NCBI GenBank assembly: GCA_016875225.1
Contig: VGRW01000001.1
Span: 66,225-130,224 of the forward strand
From: Deltaproteobacteria bacterium
GTDB taxonomy: Bacteria > Myxococcota_A > UBA9160 > SZUA-336
Direction of reading: 5' to 3'
Length of the DNA: 64,000 nucleotides
Position 1 is the first letter of the stretch; the number at the start of each line of letters is the position of its first letter. The notes under the pieces were generated by a model that saw only the letters and a program-made list of their open reading frames with translations, searched no databases and was not told the DNA's origin. Below are positions 9,459 through 18,993 of the stretch, one piece after another. The translations under genes and the position numbers were made by a program.

Positions 9459-10952
9459 ATGCAGATCGAGGTCCAACGCAAGGATGCCGCTGCCGCGGGC
9501 GGAGACGCCGTGGTGATCCCGCTCACCCGCGCCGATGCTCCGCCGCGCGCGCTGGGCGCGCTCGACGACGCGATTGGCGGCTGGCTGGCGCGGGTCTGGA
9601 GCGCCGGCGACTTCTCCGGAAAGACCGGCGAGGTGATTTCGTTTCCCGTGGCCGGGCTCGCCGCCAGGCGCGTGATCCTGATCGGGCTCGGCGACGAGAA
9701 GAACGCGAGCGCCGAGACGCTTCGGGCTGCAGCCGGCCGCGCAGCCAAGGCGCTCGCGCGCGCGAAGGCGAAGCAGGCTTCGCTCGTCGTTCCGGCACTT
9801 CGACGCGTGAAACCCGAAGAGGCCGCTCAGGCGCTCGCGGAAGGCGCGCTGCTGGGCGCCTATCGCTTCGACAAGTACAAGAGCGACGACGATCGACCCG
9901 CCGCCCTCGAGAAGCTCGCGCTGCTCGCGTCCGACGCGCGCCAGCTCGCCGCGCTTCGCCGCGGCGCGAAGCTCGGACAGGTGCTCGCCGAGTCGGCGAA
10001 CTTCGCGCGCGACCTCTCCAACGAGCCGGGCACGACCTGCACGCCCGAGCACCTGGCAGCGGAGGCGCGCAAGCTCGGGCGCGCGCACGGCCTGAAAGTG
10101 ACGGTGTACGCGGAGAAGGAGCTCGAGCGCGAGAAGATGGCCGGAATCCTCACCGTCGGACGCGGCAGCGCGCATCCGCCGCGGCTGATCGTGATCGAGC
10201 ACGGGGCTTCCGCGAAGCCCGCGCGCAAGCGTCCGCGGCTCGCGCTGGTCGGGAAAGGCATCACGTTCGACTCCGGCGGAGTCTCGATCAAGCCGGCCGC
10301 GAGCATGGACGAGATGAAGCACGACATGTCCGGGGGCGCGGCCGTGATGGGCGCGCTGCGCGCCGCCGCCCTGCTCGACCTGCCCTGTCACGTGATCGGA
10401 ATCGTCGCCGCGGCGCAGAACATGCCCGACGGCAACGCGTACGTGCCCGGCGACATCATCCGCAGCTCGCAGGGCAAGACGATCGAGGTGTTGAACACGG
10501 ACGCCGAGGGGCGGATCGTGCTCTCCGACGCCCTGCACCACGCCACGAGCTTCAAGCCGGACGCGATCGTCGACCTCGCCACGCTCACGGGGGCGTGTCT
10601 GGTCGCTCTGGGGGAGGTGGCCTGCGCCGTGCTCGGGAACGACGAGAAGCTAATCGGAAAGGTCCGCGCGGCCGCGGACGCGACGCACGAGCGGGCCTGG
10701 CCTCTCCCTCTCTGGGAGGAGCACAAGACGGCGATCAAGGGGACCGTCGGAGACATCGTGAACACGGGGGGCCGCAACGGCGGCGTCTCGACCGCCGCGG
10801 CGTTCCTGTCCCATTTCGTCGGCGAGACGCCCTGGGCGCACCTCGACATCGCGGGCACGGCCTGGGCGACCAAGGAGTCCCCCTACCATGTGAAGGGCGC
10901 TACGGGCTTCGGAGTCCGATTGCTGATCGAGCTTCTGCGCCGCTGGAAATAG
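9459..10952 (+). CDS. pepA: Leucyl aminopeptidase (M17 family)
   Basis: 497 aa with the M17 signature NTDAEGRIVLSDAL and the metal-binding region VGKGITFDSGG. Confidence 0.9.
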   Translation: MQIEVQRKDAAAAGGDAVVIPLTRADAPPRALGALDDAIGGWLARVWSAGDFSGKTGEVISFPVAGLAARRVILIGLGDEKNASAETLRAAAGRAAKALARAKAKQASLVVPALRRVKPEEAAQALAEGALLGAYRFDKYKSDDDRPAALEKLALLASDARQLAALRRGAKLGQVLAESANFARDLSNEPGTTCTPEHLAAEARKLGRAHGLKVTVYAEKELEREKMAGILTVGRGSAHPPRLIVIEHGASAKPARKRPRLALVGKGITFDSGGVSIKPAASMDEMKHDMSGGAAVMGALRAAALLDLPCHVIGIVAAAQNMPDGNAYVPGDIIRSSQGKTIEVLNTDAEGRIVLSDALHHATSFKPDAIVDLATLTGACLVALGEVACAVLGNDEKLIGKVRAAADATHERAWPLPLWEEHKTAIKGTVGDIVNTGGRNGGVSTAAAFLSHFVGETPWAHLDIAGTAWATKESPYHVKGATGFGVRLLIELLRRWK

Positions 10953-10992
10953 CGCGACGCTCCGCTGCGTCGGACTGTTGCGTTGACGCAGA

Positions 10993-11025
10993 CGCGGTCG
11001 GCTTCTAAGCTCGGCCGCGCTTTTT
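10993..11025 (+). terminator. Putative intrinsic terminator downstream of pepA
   Basis: An imperfect GC hairpin (gcggtcggc ttctaa gctcggccgc) is followed by TTTTT at 11021-11025, a rare T-run in this ~70% GC sequence. An upstream 7-bp hairpin CTGCGTC...GACGCAG lies at ~10963-10991. Confidence 0.45.
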
Positions 11026-11041
11026 CACCTTGGAGGATCTC

Positions 11042-11422
11042 ATGCGTGTACTTCTCGGTCTTGGCGCCTCGCTGATCATTCTCTCCGCCGCCTCCGCCGG
11101 TGTCGCCGCCGACGATGCAGCCGCGAAGGTCGCCGCCGCAGACGCGGCAAGCGGCGCCAAGGTCTACAAGATGTACTGCGAGACGTGCCACGGCCCGACC
11201 GGCGCGGGCGACGGCGCGGTCGGCAAGACGCTCACCCCGCCCCCGCGCAACTTCCAGGCCGGCGACTTCAAGTACGGCGGCAAGGATCAGGACCTCTTCG
11301 ACGTGATCAGCAACGGTGCCGCGTCGAAGGGCGGCTCGCCGCTGATGGCTCCCTGGGGCGCCGTGGTTCCCGAGGCCGACCGCTGGGCGCTCGTGAAGTT
11401 CATCCACACGCTCAAGAAGTAG
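11042..11422 (+). CDS. Class I c-type cytochrome (single CxxCH heme site, signal peptide)
   Basis: CETCHG heme-binding motif and an N-terminal signal peptide. ATG at 11042 is preferred over the upstream TTG (11030) because GGAGGA lies just upstream. Confidence 0.8.
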   Translation: MRVLLGLGASLIILSAASAGVAADDAAAKVAAADAASGAKVYKMYCETCHGPTGAGDGAVGKTLTPPPRNFQAGDFKYGGKDQDLFDVISNGAASKGGSPLMAPWGAVVPEADRWALVKFIHTLKK

Positions 11423-11497
11423 CCCTTCCGCTCGGACCGCCGCATCGACTCCTGCGCGTGACGGACAGTTCCGCGCGAACCGGGTACGTTTGCCGCC

Positions 11498-12433
11498 GTG
11501 GCCGACGATGAGAACGATACCGACGCGACGGCGACCGCCCTTCCGGTCCCCGTCGCGACGTCCGGGCTCGAACGGGTCCCCCGGGACGCGCTCTCCCGCT
11601 ACTTCTACGAGGTCGGGCGCTACGCGCTGCTGAGCCGCGAGGAGGAGCTGGCGCTTGCCGAGCGGGTCTTCGCGTCTGGCGATCCAGAGGCCGCGCAGCG
11701 GCTGGTGCTCTCGAACCTGCGCCTCGTGGTGAAGATCGCGCTCGAGTACCGGCGGGTCTGGACCAACCCGCTCGATCTGATCCAGGAGGGCAACGTCGGG
11801 CTGCTCCAGGGCGTGAAACGCTTCGATCCGCACCGGGGGGTGAAGCTCTCGTCCTACGCGTCGTACTGGATCCGCGCTTACATCCTCAAGTACCTGATCG
11901 ACAACATCCGCATGGTGCGCGTGGGGTCGAGCCGGGCCGAGCGCAAGCTCTTCTTCCAACTCTCGCGGGTCAAGCGCGAGCTCGAGCGCGAGGGTCTCGA
12001 TCCCGAGCCCCGGCTTCTCGCCGAGCGGCTCGGCGTGCGCGAGCCCGAGGTCGTGGATCTGCAGCACCGGCTCGCGCACGGAGACCTGTCCACCGACGCG
12101 CCAGTGCGACGCGACGAGCCCGGCGGCGCGAGCTTCGGCGAATCGCTGGCTTCGAGCGACGGCCGATTGGACGACGCCGTCGCCGAGCAGGACATGCGCC
12201 GAACGCTGCGCGAGCACATCGACCGCTTCGCCGTGGATCTGGGCGATCGCGAGCAGAAGATCCTGCGCGAGCGCGTGCTCGCAGAGGAGCCGAAGACCCT
12301 GCAGGAGATCGGCGACGAGCTCGGCCTCACGCGCGAGCGGATCCGCCAGCTAGAGAAGAACCTCGTCGACGGCCTGCGCGACTACATGAAGGCCAATCTC
12401 GTCGACTTCGAGTACTGGTCCCCGGAGGGCTGA
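11498..12433 (+). CDS. rpoH: RNA polymerase sigma-32 factor RpoH
   Basis: Sigma-70 family regions 2-4 plus the RpoH box ERKLFFQLSRVKREL (consensus Q[RK][RK]LFFNLR). GTG start. Confidence 0.85.
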   Translation: MADDENDTDATATALPVPVATSGLERVPRDALSRYFYEVGRYALLSREEELALAERVFASGDPEAAQRLVLSNLRLVVKIALEYRRVWTNPLDLIQEGNVGLLQGVKRFDPHRGVKLSSYASYWIRAYILKYLIDNIRMVRVGSSRAERKLFFQLSRVKRELEREGLDPEPRLLAERLGVREPEVVDLQHRLAHGDLSTDAPVRRDEPGGASFGESLASSDGRLDDAVAEQDMRRTLREHIDRFAVDLGDREQKILRERVLAEEPKTLQEIGDELGLTRERIRQLEKNLVDGLRDYMKANLVDFEYWSPEG

Positions 12434-12465
12434 GGCGAACTCCCGGCCGACCCCGGACGCTCGGG

Positions 12466-13146
12466 TCAGGGATTGCCGCCGAACCAGCCCGCGTGGAACC
12501 AGCGGATCGTCACAGTCAGCGCGATCCCGACCGCGACGGCGATCGGCGAGAGCTCGCGGAGCCCTGCGAGAGTCTCGCGCCCGGTGAAGGGCAGGAACGG
12601 CGTCCGCTCGTAGAAGTCGCGGTAGCCCGGCGGGCCCACCACGAGCTTGCGCTGATCCTGGTGCGCGGCGCCGATCAGCGCGAAGACGGCAAAGCCGCCG
12701 AAGAACGCCAGGTCCGCGCTCGACCCGTTCGGCAGCAGGTGGAAGAGCGCGTAGACGACGAACGCCATCACCATCGGGTGGCGCGTGATCCGATAGACAC
12801 CGTGCGGTGTCGTCTCGCCCGGGACCACGCCGCCGGGGCTCGGACGCATCAGGCTCGACACGAGCAGCACGAAGGCGAGCCCCATGCCGAGGTAGACGGT
12901 CCAGCTGAGCAACGGCCCGCGCGGCAGCGTCCAGAGCTGCGCGCCCGCGTGGACGTTCTGGAAGTAGAGGCGGATCAGCGGCACGAAGATCGCGAGCGCG
13001 ACGACGGAGTAGAGGCCCAGGAATCCGACCTGTCCGAGCGCGGCCACCAGCCGCGGTCGCAAGCTCAGGCTCGACAGCCCGACGTGCGTGGCCGTGAAGG
13101 CGAGCCAGAGCAGCGCGATAGCCAGGGTCGGATCCATGAGACGCAC
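12466..13146 (-). CDS. NnrU/ICMT-like integral membrane protein (putative methyltransferase fold)
   Basis: 226 aa, polytopic, with a GVYRITRHPM motif typical of the NnrU/isoprenylcysteine-carboxyl-methyltransferase-like families. Confidence 0.55.
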   Translation of the reverse strand: MRLMDPTLAIALLWLAFTATHVGLSSLSLRPRLVAALGQVGFLGLYSVVALAIFVPLIRLYFQNVHAGAQLWTLPRGPLLSWTVYLGMGLAFVLLVSSLMRPSPGGVVPGETTPHGVYRITRHPMVMAFVVYALFHLLPNGSSADLAFFGGFAVFALIGAAHQDQRKLVVGPPGYRDFYERTPFLPFTGRETLAGLRELSPIAVAVGIALTVTIRWFHAGWFGGNP

Positions 13147-13159
13147 CTCCGGGCCGGCA

Positions 13160-14482
13160 TCATAGGCGGGGATCGCCAGCCGAGGCGAGCGGATCGTCCG
13201 AGAAGCGCGAGCGCACCTCGGACTGAAGCGCCTGCTCGAGCTCGCGCGTGTCCCAGCCGGTCGCGGATCTCAGCGCACTCTGCCAGGCGGCACCCCCAGC
13301 GCAGGCCTCGAGAAAGGCGGCGATCGCCTCGGGCCGCCGGGCTTCGATCAGCTCGACCGCCGCGCGAGACTCGAGGTACGCGAGCAGCGCCCGCGCGCCC
13401 GCAAGGCCCGAGAAGCCCTGCACCAGCGATTCGAGCGGAATCCACTCGCCGCCGCGAAGCGCGTCGACCAGCCGCCGCCATTCCTCGCGCGAGAGCTGCT
13501 TGCGCCCGCGCGCGGCCTCCTCGGCGCGGTCGGCGATTCCCTCGTTCAGGAAGAACGGCTGATGCGAGCCGGTCGCCTCCTTGAAGAGCGCGTGGACGTA
13601 CTCGTGCACGACCAGCGCGTAGAGCTCGTTGCGCGGGCGCTTGGCGGAGACCACGTGGATCGCGCCGTCGTAGAAGCCGACCGTCGCGAAGCCGAAGCGG
13701 TGCTGATACGCGTCGAGGTAGTGCGCGCGCGTGTAGAGGCGCACCTCGAGCGGCCGCGAGAGCGTACGACCGAGCTTCGCTCGCATCGCCTCGCGCGCCT
13801 GCTCGAGCACGTCGACGACCTGCTCTCCGTAGGCGCGGCCCGCGAACTGGTGATCGAACCTGACCAGGAAGTGCCTCGACTCGAAGGAGTGCGTCTCCCA
13901 GGTCTGGCCGTCGCGCGACGTCGCCAGAGCGAGCTCCTGGTCGATCTCCGACCGCTCGCGCGTGGCCGCCTCGCGCCAGCGATCGGGCACCCGGCTCGCC
14001 GTGGAGAGCACGGCATCGAGCGCCTCGCGCGCGGGCTCGAGCCGGCCGCGGTGACGTTCCACCTGCGCGAGCAGAAGCGCGGCCTCGGGCCGCGTCGGCT
14101 GCTCGCGAAGCAGCCGGCGCAGTGCGCGCAGGCCCGTCTGCAGGTCCCCGCGCTCGATGTCGCCACGCGCGGCGAGCACCGCCGAGAGATAGCGATCGTC
14201 CTCGTCGCTCGAGCGCGTTCCGAGCGGCAGCGGCTCACCGGTGCGGCGGCCGTTCCAGCGGATCGCGAGGTCCTCCGGGGAGACGCGCTCCGCCCCGGGG
14301 GCGGGCTGCTCGCGATTGCTGAGCCAGGTCTGGCCCTCGCGATCGACCCAGATCGCAACCTCGTTCGGCAGCAGAACGGCCGCGACGACGAGCAGGATCA
14401 GCGCGATTGGCAGGTGCCGGCGTGCGAACGCAGCCACCGCTGGGTTTTCGGCTCCGCTAGCGAGCCCCTGAAGGCGGCGCAT
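13160..14482 (-). CDS. Membrane-anchored protein with peptidase-MA-like HExxH motif and TPR-like helical region
   Basis: 440 aa with an N-terminal TM (LPIALILLVVAAVLL) and a VVHEYVHALF (HExxH) motif. The ATG start overlaps the moaB stop by 26 nt, so the start is uncertain. Confidence 0.55.
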   Translation of the reverse strand: MRRLQGLASGAENPAVAAFARRHLPIALILLVVAAVLLPNEVAIWVDREGQTWLSNREQPAPGAERVSPEDLAIRWNGRRTGEPLPLGTRSSDEDDRYLSAVLAARGDIERGDLQTGLRALRRLLREQPTRPEAALLLAQVERHRGRLEPAREALDAVLSTASRVPDRWREAATRERSEIDQELALATSRDGQTWETHSFESRHFLVRFDHQFAGRAYGEQVVDVLEQAREAMRAKLGRTLSRPLEVRLYTRAHYLDAYQHRFGFATVGFYDGAIHVVSAKRPRNELYALVVHEYVHALFKEATGSHQPFFLNEGIADRAEEAARGRKQLSREEWRRLVDALRGGEWIPLESLVQGFSGLAGARALLAYLESRAAVELIEARRPEAIAAFLEACAGGAAWQSALRSATGWDTRELEQALQSEVRSRFSDDPLASAGDPRL

Positions 14483-14996
14483 CCGCGCGGCGCAGCTGGC
14501 CGACGACGTGCGCGAGCTCGGGCAGGATCAGCTTCTGCATGCCGAGCCGGACGGCGCCGGAGGAGCCCGGCATGACGTAGACGACCTTCCCCGCGACGGT
14601 GCCCGCGGTCGCACGCGACAGCACCGCCGCGGCGCCGATCTCCTCGAACGAGAGGGCCCGGAACAGCTCTCCGAAGCCGGCCAGCCGCTTCTCGAACAGC
14701 GGCTCGAGCGCGTCCGGGGTGACGTCGCGAGGCGAGACACCCGTCCCGCCGGTCGCGATCACCGCATCGACTTCGGAGCGCGCAAGCGCGCGCAGCACCG
14801 CGAGCCGGATCGCGTCCGCCTCGTCCGGCACGATCTCGTGCGCGACCGTCGCGTGGGCGGCCGCGAGAAGCAGCTCGGAGATCAGCTTGCCGGACTTGTC
14901 GTCGGCGACGGTGCGGCTGTCGCTCACCGTGAGCACCGCGCAGCGGATCGACTTCGGCGCGTAGGCGCGGTGCTGCGACGGCGCGTCCGAGGTCAC
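14457..14996 (-). CDS. moaB: Molybdenum cofactor biosynthesis protein MoaB/MogA family
   Basis: IRCAVLTVSDSRT...ATGGTGVSPRDVTPDA (MoCF_biosynth domain). GTG start at 14996 overlaps the moaDE TGA (GTGA). Confidence 0.8.
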   Translation of the reverse strand: MTSDAPSQHRAYAPKSIRCAVLTVSDSRTVADDKSGKLISELLLAAAHATVAHEIVPDEADAIRLAVLRALARSEVDAVIATGGTGVSPRDVTPDALEPLFEKRLAGFGELFRALSFEEIGAAAVLSRATAGTVAGKVVYVMPGSSGAVRLGMQKLILPELAHVVGQLRRADAPPSGAR

Positions 14997-15652
14997 GGAT
15001 TCTCCTCGACCCAGTACGCGCCGCTGGTCGCGAACTCCTTCTTCCAGATCGGCACCGTCTGCTTCAGCCGGTCGATCGCGAAGCGGCATGCCTCGAAGGC
15101 TTCCGGGCGGTGCGGTGCGGCGGCGGCGATCATCACCGCGGCCTCGCCGATCGCGAGCCGCCCGACCCGGTGCGCGATGGCGAGGCGCGCCTGCGGCCAG
15201 CGCGCGGCCGCCTCGTCGCGGATGTTGCGCAGCTCGCGCTCGGCCATCGGTGCATAGGCCTCGTATTCGAGGTGATCGATCTCGGCGCCGCGCGCCTCGT
15301 TTCGCACGATGCCGGTGAATGTGACCACGCCGCCCATCTCGGGGCCGGTCACCTCGGCGAGAAGCGCGTCCATCGAGAGCGGACGCGTGTCGATCCAGGA
15401 GCGGTCCGATCCGCCCGAGACCGGCGGCAGCAGCGCGACCTCGTCGCCATCGCCGAGCTGGGTTTCGAGCGCTGCGCGCTCCTCGTTCAGGCTCACGAGC
15501 AGGCGGCCGCGGTAGCGCACGAGCAACTCGTGCTCGCGCTCGAGTCGCGCGATCAGCTCGGCCAGCGTCGCATCGGCGGGAAGCTCAAGCTCGAGCTGCT
15601 TCTGGCCGACGGCTTCACGCAGGGCTGCGAACAGGAGCACGCGGACGCGCAT
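14993..15652 (-). CDS. moaDE: Fused molybdopterin synthase sulfur-carrier (MoaD) and catalytic (MoaE) subunits
   Basis: The N-terminal ~80 aa, MRVRVLLFAALREAVG...VALLPPVSGG, form a MoaD/ThiS fold with a terminal GG. They are followed by a MoaE domain (WIDTRPLSMDALLAEV...HRVGRLAIGEAAVMIAAAAPHR). The start was trimmed to ATG 15652. Confidence 0.8.
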   Translation of the reverse strand: MRVRVLLFAALREAVGQKQLELELPADATLAELIARLEREHELLVRYRGRLLVSLNEERAALETQLGDGDEVALLPPVSGGSDRSWIDTRPLSMDALLAEVTGPEMGGVVTFTGIVRNEARGAEIDHLEYEAYAPMAERELRNIRDEAAARWPQARLAIAHRVGRLAIGEAAVMIAAAAPHRPEAFEACRFAIDRLKQTVPIWKKEFATSGAYWVEENP

Positions 15653-15932
15653 GGCGCCAAGCCTACGAGATGGCCCCGGGGAGATCAACGCGCTGGCGTC
15701 GCGAATCGCGAAGCCGGAGCACGTGCGTCGAGCGCTCGACGTCCTCCGCCCGGGGCTGGTCGCCGACGGAGGGAACGCCGAGCTGATCGGCGTGACCGAG
15801 GACGGCACCGTTCGGCTCGAGTTCCAAGGCGCCTGCGCCCGCTGCCCCGCGCGAGAGATGACGCGCAGGCTGGTGCTCGAGCCCGCGCTTCGCGCGCGCG
15901 TGCCCGGCGTGACCTCGGTGCTGGTCTCGTAG
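15651..15932 (+). CDS. NifU-like (Nfu-type) Fe-S cluster assembly domain protein
   Basis: 93 aa; GACARCPAREMT matches the Nfu/NifU C-terminal CxxC motif. Confidence 0.7.
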   Translation: MAPSLRDGPGEINALASRIAKPEHVRRALDVLRPGLVADGGNAELIGVTEDGTVRLEFQGACARCPAREMTRRLVLEPALRARVPGVTSVLVS

Positions 15933-15940
15933 CGGGCGGA

Positions 15941-16378
15941 CTAGCCCTTTGCCTGATCCTTCGCCGCCGGCGTCGACGTGTTCGGCCGGGCAGGCTTCGC
16001 GTTCATCTCGACCCGCCCCGTGAAGACCGCGCCGTCCTCGACCACCAGCCGCTCGGTGTGAATGTTGCCCTCGACGCGCGCCGTCTTGTGCAGGACGACC
16101 TGACCGCTGGCCGTGATCTCGCCGTGAACCTCGCCCGAGATCACGATCATCTTCGAGCGGATGCTCGCCGTGATCGAGCCGGTCTCGCCGACGATCAGCG
16201 TGTTCTCGCTCGAGATCTCGCCCTCGAATCGGCCGTCGATGCGGACCGTGTCCTTGAAGCTGAGCTTGCCGGAGAACTCGGAGCCCTGGTCGATGAACGC
16301 CGTGAGAGCGCCAACGCCGCCACCCGCGGGAGCCATGGCGCCCCCTTCCTTGCCCTTGCCGAAGTCCTTGAATGCCAT
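15941..16378 (-). CDS. Bactofilin (cytoskeletal polymer)
   Basis: 145 aa with a beta-helical bactofilin core (SFKDTVRIDGRFEGEISSENTLIVGETGSITASIRSKMIVISGEVHGEITASGQVVL) and a disordered Pro/Ala C-terminus. Confidence 0.8.
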   Translation of the reverse strand: MAFKDFGKGKEGGAMAPAGGGVGALTAFIDQGSEFSGKLSFKDTVRIDGRFEGEISSENTLIVGETGSITASIRSKMIVISGEVHGEITASGQVVLHKTARVEGNIHTERLVVEDGAVFTGRVEMNAKPARPNTSTPAAKDQAKG

Positions 16379-16485
16379 CTGGCGCCTACTCCTGCTCCGT
16401 CCGGAGCTCCCGTTACCGCAGATCGGATCGAACCCCGCATCGCTTGAGATCTCACGCGGATCGAGCGCTATCCTGCGGATCGCTT

Positions 16486-17448
16486 ATGACCGCCACCGAC
16501 GTGAATCGCATCCGGACCGAGCTCGCGCGCGCGAGACTCGCAGGTCAGGTGCACGGTGCCTACCTGTTCGAAGGTCCGCCGGGCACCGGGAAGCGAGACA
16601 CCGCCGTCTGGTTCGCGAGGCTCCTCCTGTGCAAGCAGGTCGGCGACGGCGCGCTCGAGCCGTGTGGCGCCTGTCACGATTGCCATCTGCTCGAGCTTCG
16701 AGGCGAGACGAACGACGCGCGCCCGAGCCACCCGGATCTGCACTGGGTGCTGGCGGACGGCGCGCGGATCAAGGTCGATGCGGTGCGAGATCTTCGGGCG
16801 GCGCTGTCGCTGGTGGCGAACGAGCGCGGGCGCAGGGTCGCTCTGATCCCCGAGGCCGATCGGCTGCGCGCCGAGTCCGCCAATGCCCTGCTGAAGACGC
16901 TCGAGGAGCCGCCGCCGGGAGCGGTCCTGATCCTGGTCACGCCGCGCGCGCAGGCGCTGCCGCGAACGCTGCGCTCTCGGACGCTCCGCGTCCGCTTTCC
17001 GCCCTTCCCGGAGCCGGCCGTGCGCGCGGCGCTCGAGGCGGACGGAGTTCCCGCGCGGGACGCCGCGCTCGCCAGCGCCCTCGGCGGCGCGAGCCCGCTC
17101 GCGGCGCGCGCCTGGGCCGACGCGTCGCTCGAGGCCGCGCGCGAGATGCACGAGTTCCTGGCCGGAATCGCCGGAGTCGGCGCGACCGAGATCCTCGACT
17201 TCGCCGAGGGCTTCCGGCGCCCCGGTGAAGCCGGCCGCGAACACGCGCAGCTCTTCCTGGAGGTCGAGGCGGCGTTCGCGCGCGATCGCGCCGCGAGCGC
17301 GGCCGCGTCGGGAGACGCGAGCGGCCTCGAGCGCTGGATGCGCGTCTTCGAGGCCGCGTCGCGCGCGCGAAGCGAGCTCGTGCGCCGGAACCTGAATCCC
17401 CAGCTGGTGGTCGAGGGGCTGCTGCTCGACCTGCGCGCGAGCGCCTAG
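16486..17448 (+). CDS. holB: DNA polymerase III subunit delta'
   Basis: AAA+ clamp-loader: HGAYLFEGPPGTGKRDTAVWFARLLLC...CGACHDC zinc module...SANALLKTLEEPP. The start was trimmed to MTATDVNRIR (16486). Confidence 0.8.
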   Translation: MTATDVNRIRTELARARLAGQVHGAYLFEGPPGTGKRDTAVWFARLLLCKQVGDGALEPCGACHDCHLLELRGETNDARPSHPDLHWVLADGARIKVDAVRDLRAALSLVANERGRRVALIPEADRLRAESANALLKTLEEPPPGAVLILVTPRAQALPRTLRSRTLRVRFPPFPEPAVRAALEADGVPARDAALASALGGASPLAARAWADASLEAAREMHEFLAGIAGVGATEILDFAEGFRRPGEAGREHAQLFLEVEAAFARDRAASAAASGDASGLERWMRVFEAASRARSELVRRNLNPQLVVEGLLLDLRASA

Positions 17449-17457
17449 TCGCTAAGC

Positions 17458-18993
17458 TTGGCCCCGATGCCGACGCCCTTCTACGTCACCACGCCGATCT
17501 ACTATCCGAACGCGGCGCCGCACTTGGGAACCGCCTACACCACGACGTACGCCGACACGCTGATCCGCTACCACCGGCTGCTTGGAGACGACGCGTACTT
17601 CATCACCGGGACCGACGAGCACGGTGAGAAGCTGGCCGAGGCCGCGGCCGCCGAGGGCATCGCTCCGCAGGCTTTCGTCGATCGCATGGCGGCGCGCTTT
17701 CGCGAGCAGTGGAGCGCGCTCGGTCTCGAGCCGCGGCGTTTCGTTCGCACCACCGATCCCGAGCACGTGCGCGCGGTGCGCCACTTCTGGCAGACCCTGC
17801 ACGAGCGCGGCGAGATCGAGCTCCGCGAGTACGAGGGCATGTACTGCGTCGGCTGCGAGGAGTTCAAGACCGAGCGCGACCTTTCCGGCGGCCGCTGCCC
17901 CAGCCACCCGAGCCGCAACATCGAGAGCCGGCGCGAGACGAACTACTTCTTCCGCTCCTCGCGCTACCACACCTGGCTGGTCGCCGAGCTCGAGCGCAAC
18001 CCGTCGCTGATCGAGCCGGAACGCTATCGCAACGAGGTGTTGGCGATGCTGCGCGATCCGGGCCTGGGAGATCTGTGCATCTCGCGCCCGCGCGAGCGAC
18101 TCGACTGGGGCATTCCCCTGCCCTTCGACGAGGGATTCGTCGCCTACGTCTGGGCCGACGCGCTGATCACGTATCTCACCGCGATCGGCTACCCCGACGA
18201 CCCGGCCTGGACCGAGCGCTGGGCGGGCGCGCAACACCTGATCGCGAAGGAGATCCTGAAGTTCCACGGCGTGCTCTGGCCGATCATGCTGCACGCCGCA
18301 GGCATTCCGCTCTACCGAGCCCTGCGCGTGCACGGCTACTGGACGCTCGGCGGCCAGAAAATCTCGAAGAGCGCGACGAACCTGGTCGACGCGCTGGGGC
18401 TGAAGGACGTGTACGGCTTCGAGACCCTGCGCTACTTCATGCTGCGCGAGATGTCGTTCGGCCTCGACGCGGAGTTCACCGAGGAGGCTCTGGTCGCGCG
18501 GATCAATGCGGACCTCGCCAACGACCTGGGCAACCTGGTCTCGCGCTCGCTCGGCATGCTGGGGAAGTATTTCGACGGCCGGGTTCCCGACGGCCGAGGC
18601 GAGAGCGAGCTGCGCGCGAAGGCCGCGCAGGTCGCCTCCGACGTCGATCGACACCTGCGCGCGTTCTCCACCCAACGCGCGCTCGCGTCCCTCTGGGAGC
18701 TGGTGGGCGCCGCGAACAAGTACGTCGACAGCTCCGCGCCCTGGGTGCTCGCCAAGGATCCCGCTCGCAAGCCCGAGCTCGCAATCGTGATGTACGAGCT
18801 CTTCGAGTGCATCCGCGTGATCGGCGTGCTGCTCGCGCCGTTCCTGCCGCAGACGAGCGCGAAGATCCTGGGCGCGCTCGGTGCGGAAGCCGCCTCCGCT
18901 CCGCTCGCGGAGCAGCTGCGCTGGGGCCGGCTCGCGCCCGGCACGCAGACGCGGAAGACCGAGGCGCTCTTCCCGCGCATCGAGGCCGCGTGA
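17458..18993 (+). CDS. metG: Methionine--tRNA ligase
   Basis: 511 aa with PIYYPNAAPHLGTAYT (the HIGH-like region of class I MetRS) and a KMSKS-equivalent KISKS. Confidence 0.9.
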   Translation: MAPMPTPFYVTTPIYYPNAAPHLGTAYTTTYADTLIRYHRLLGDDAYFITGTDEHGEKLAEAAAAEGIAPQAFVDRMAARFREQWSALGLEPRRFVRTTDPEHVRAVRHFWQTLHERGEIELREYEGMYCVGCEEFKTERDLSGGRCPSHPSRNIESRRETNYFFRSSRYHTWLVAELERNPSLIEPERYRNEVLAMLRDPGLGDLCISRPRERLDWGIPLPFDEGFVAYVWADALITYLTAIGYPDDPAWTERWAGAQHLIAKEILKFHGVLWPIMLHAAGIPLYRALRVHGYWTLGGQKISKSATNLVDALGLKDVYGFETLRYFMLREMSFGLDAEFTEEALVARINADLANDLGNLVSRSLGMLGKYFDGRVPDGRGESELRAKAAQVASDVDRHLRAFSTQRALASLWELVGAANKYVDSSAPWVLAKDPARKPELAIVMYELFECIRVIGVLLAPFLPQTSAKILGALGAEAASAPLAEQLRWGRLAPGTQTRKTEALFPRIEAA

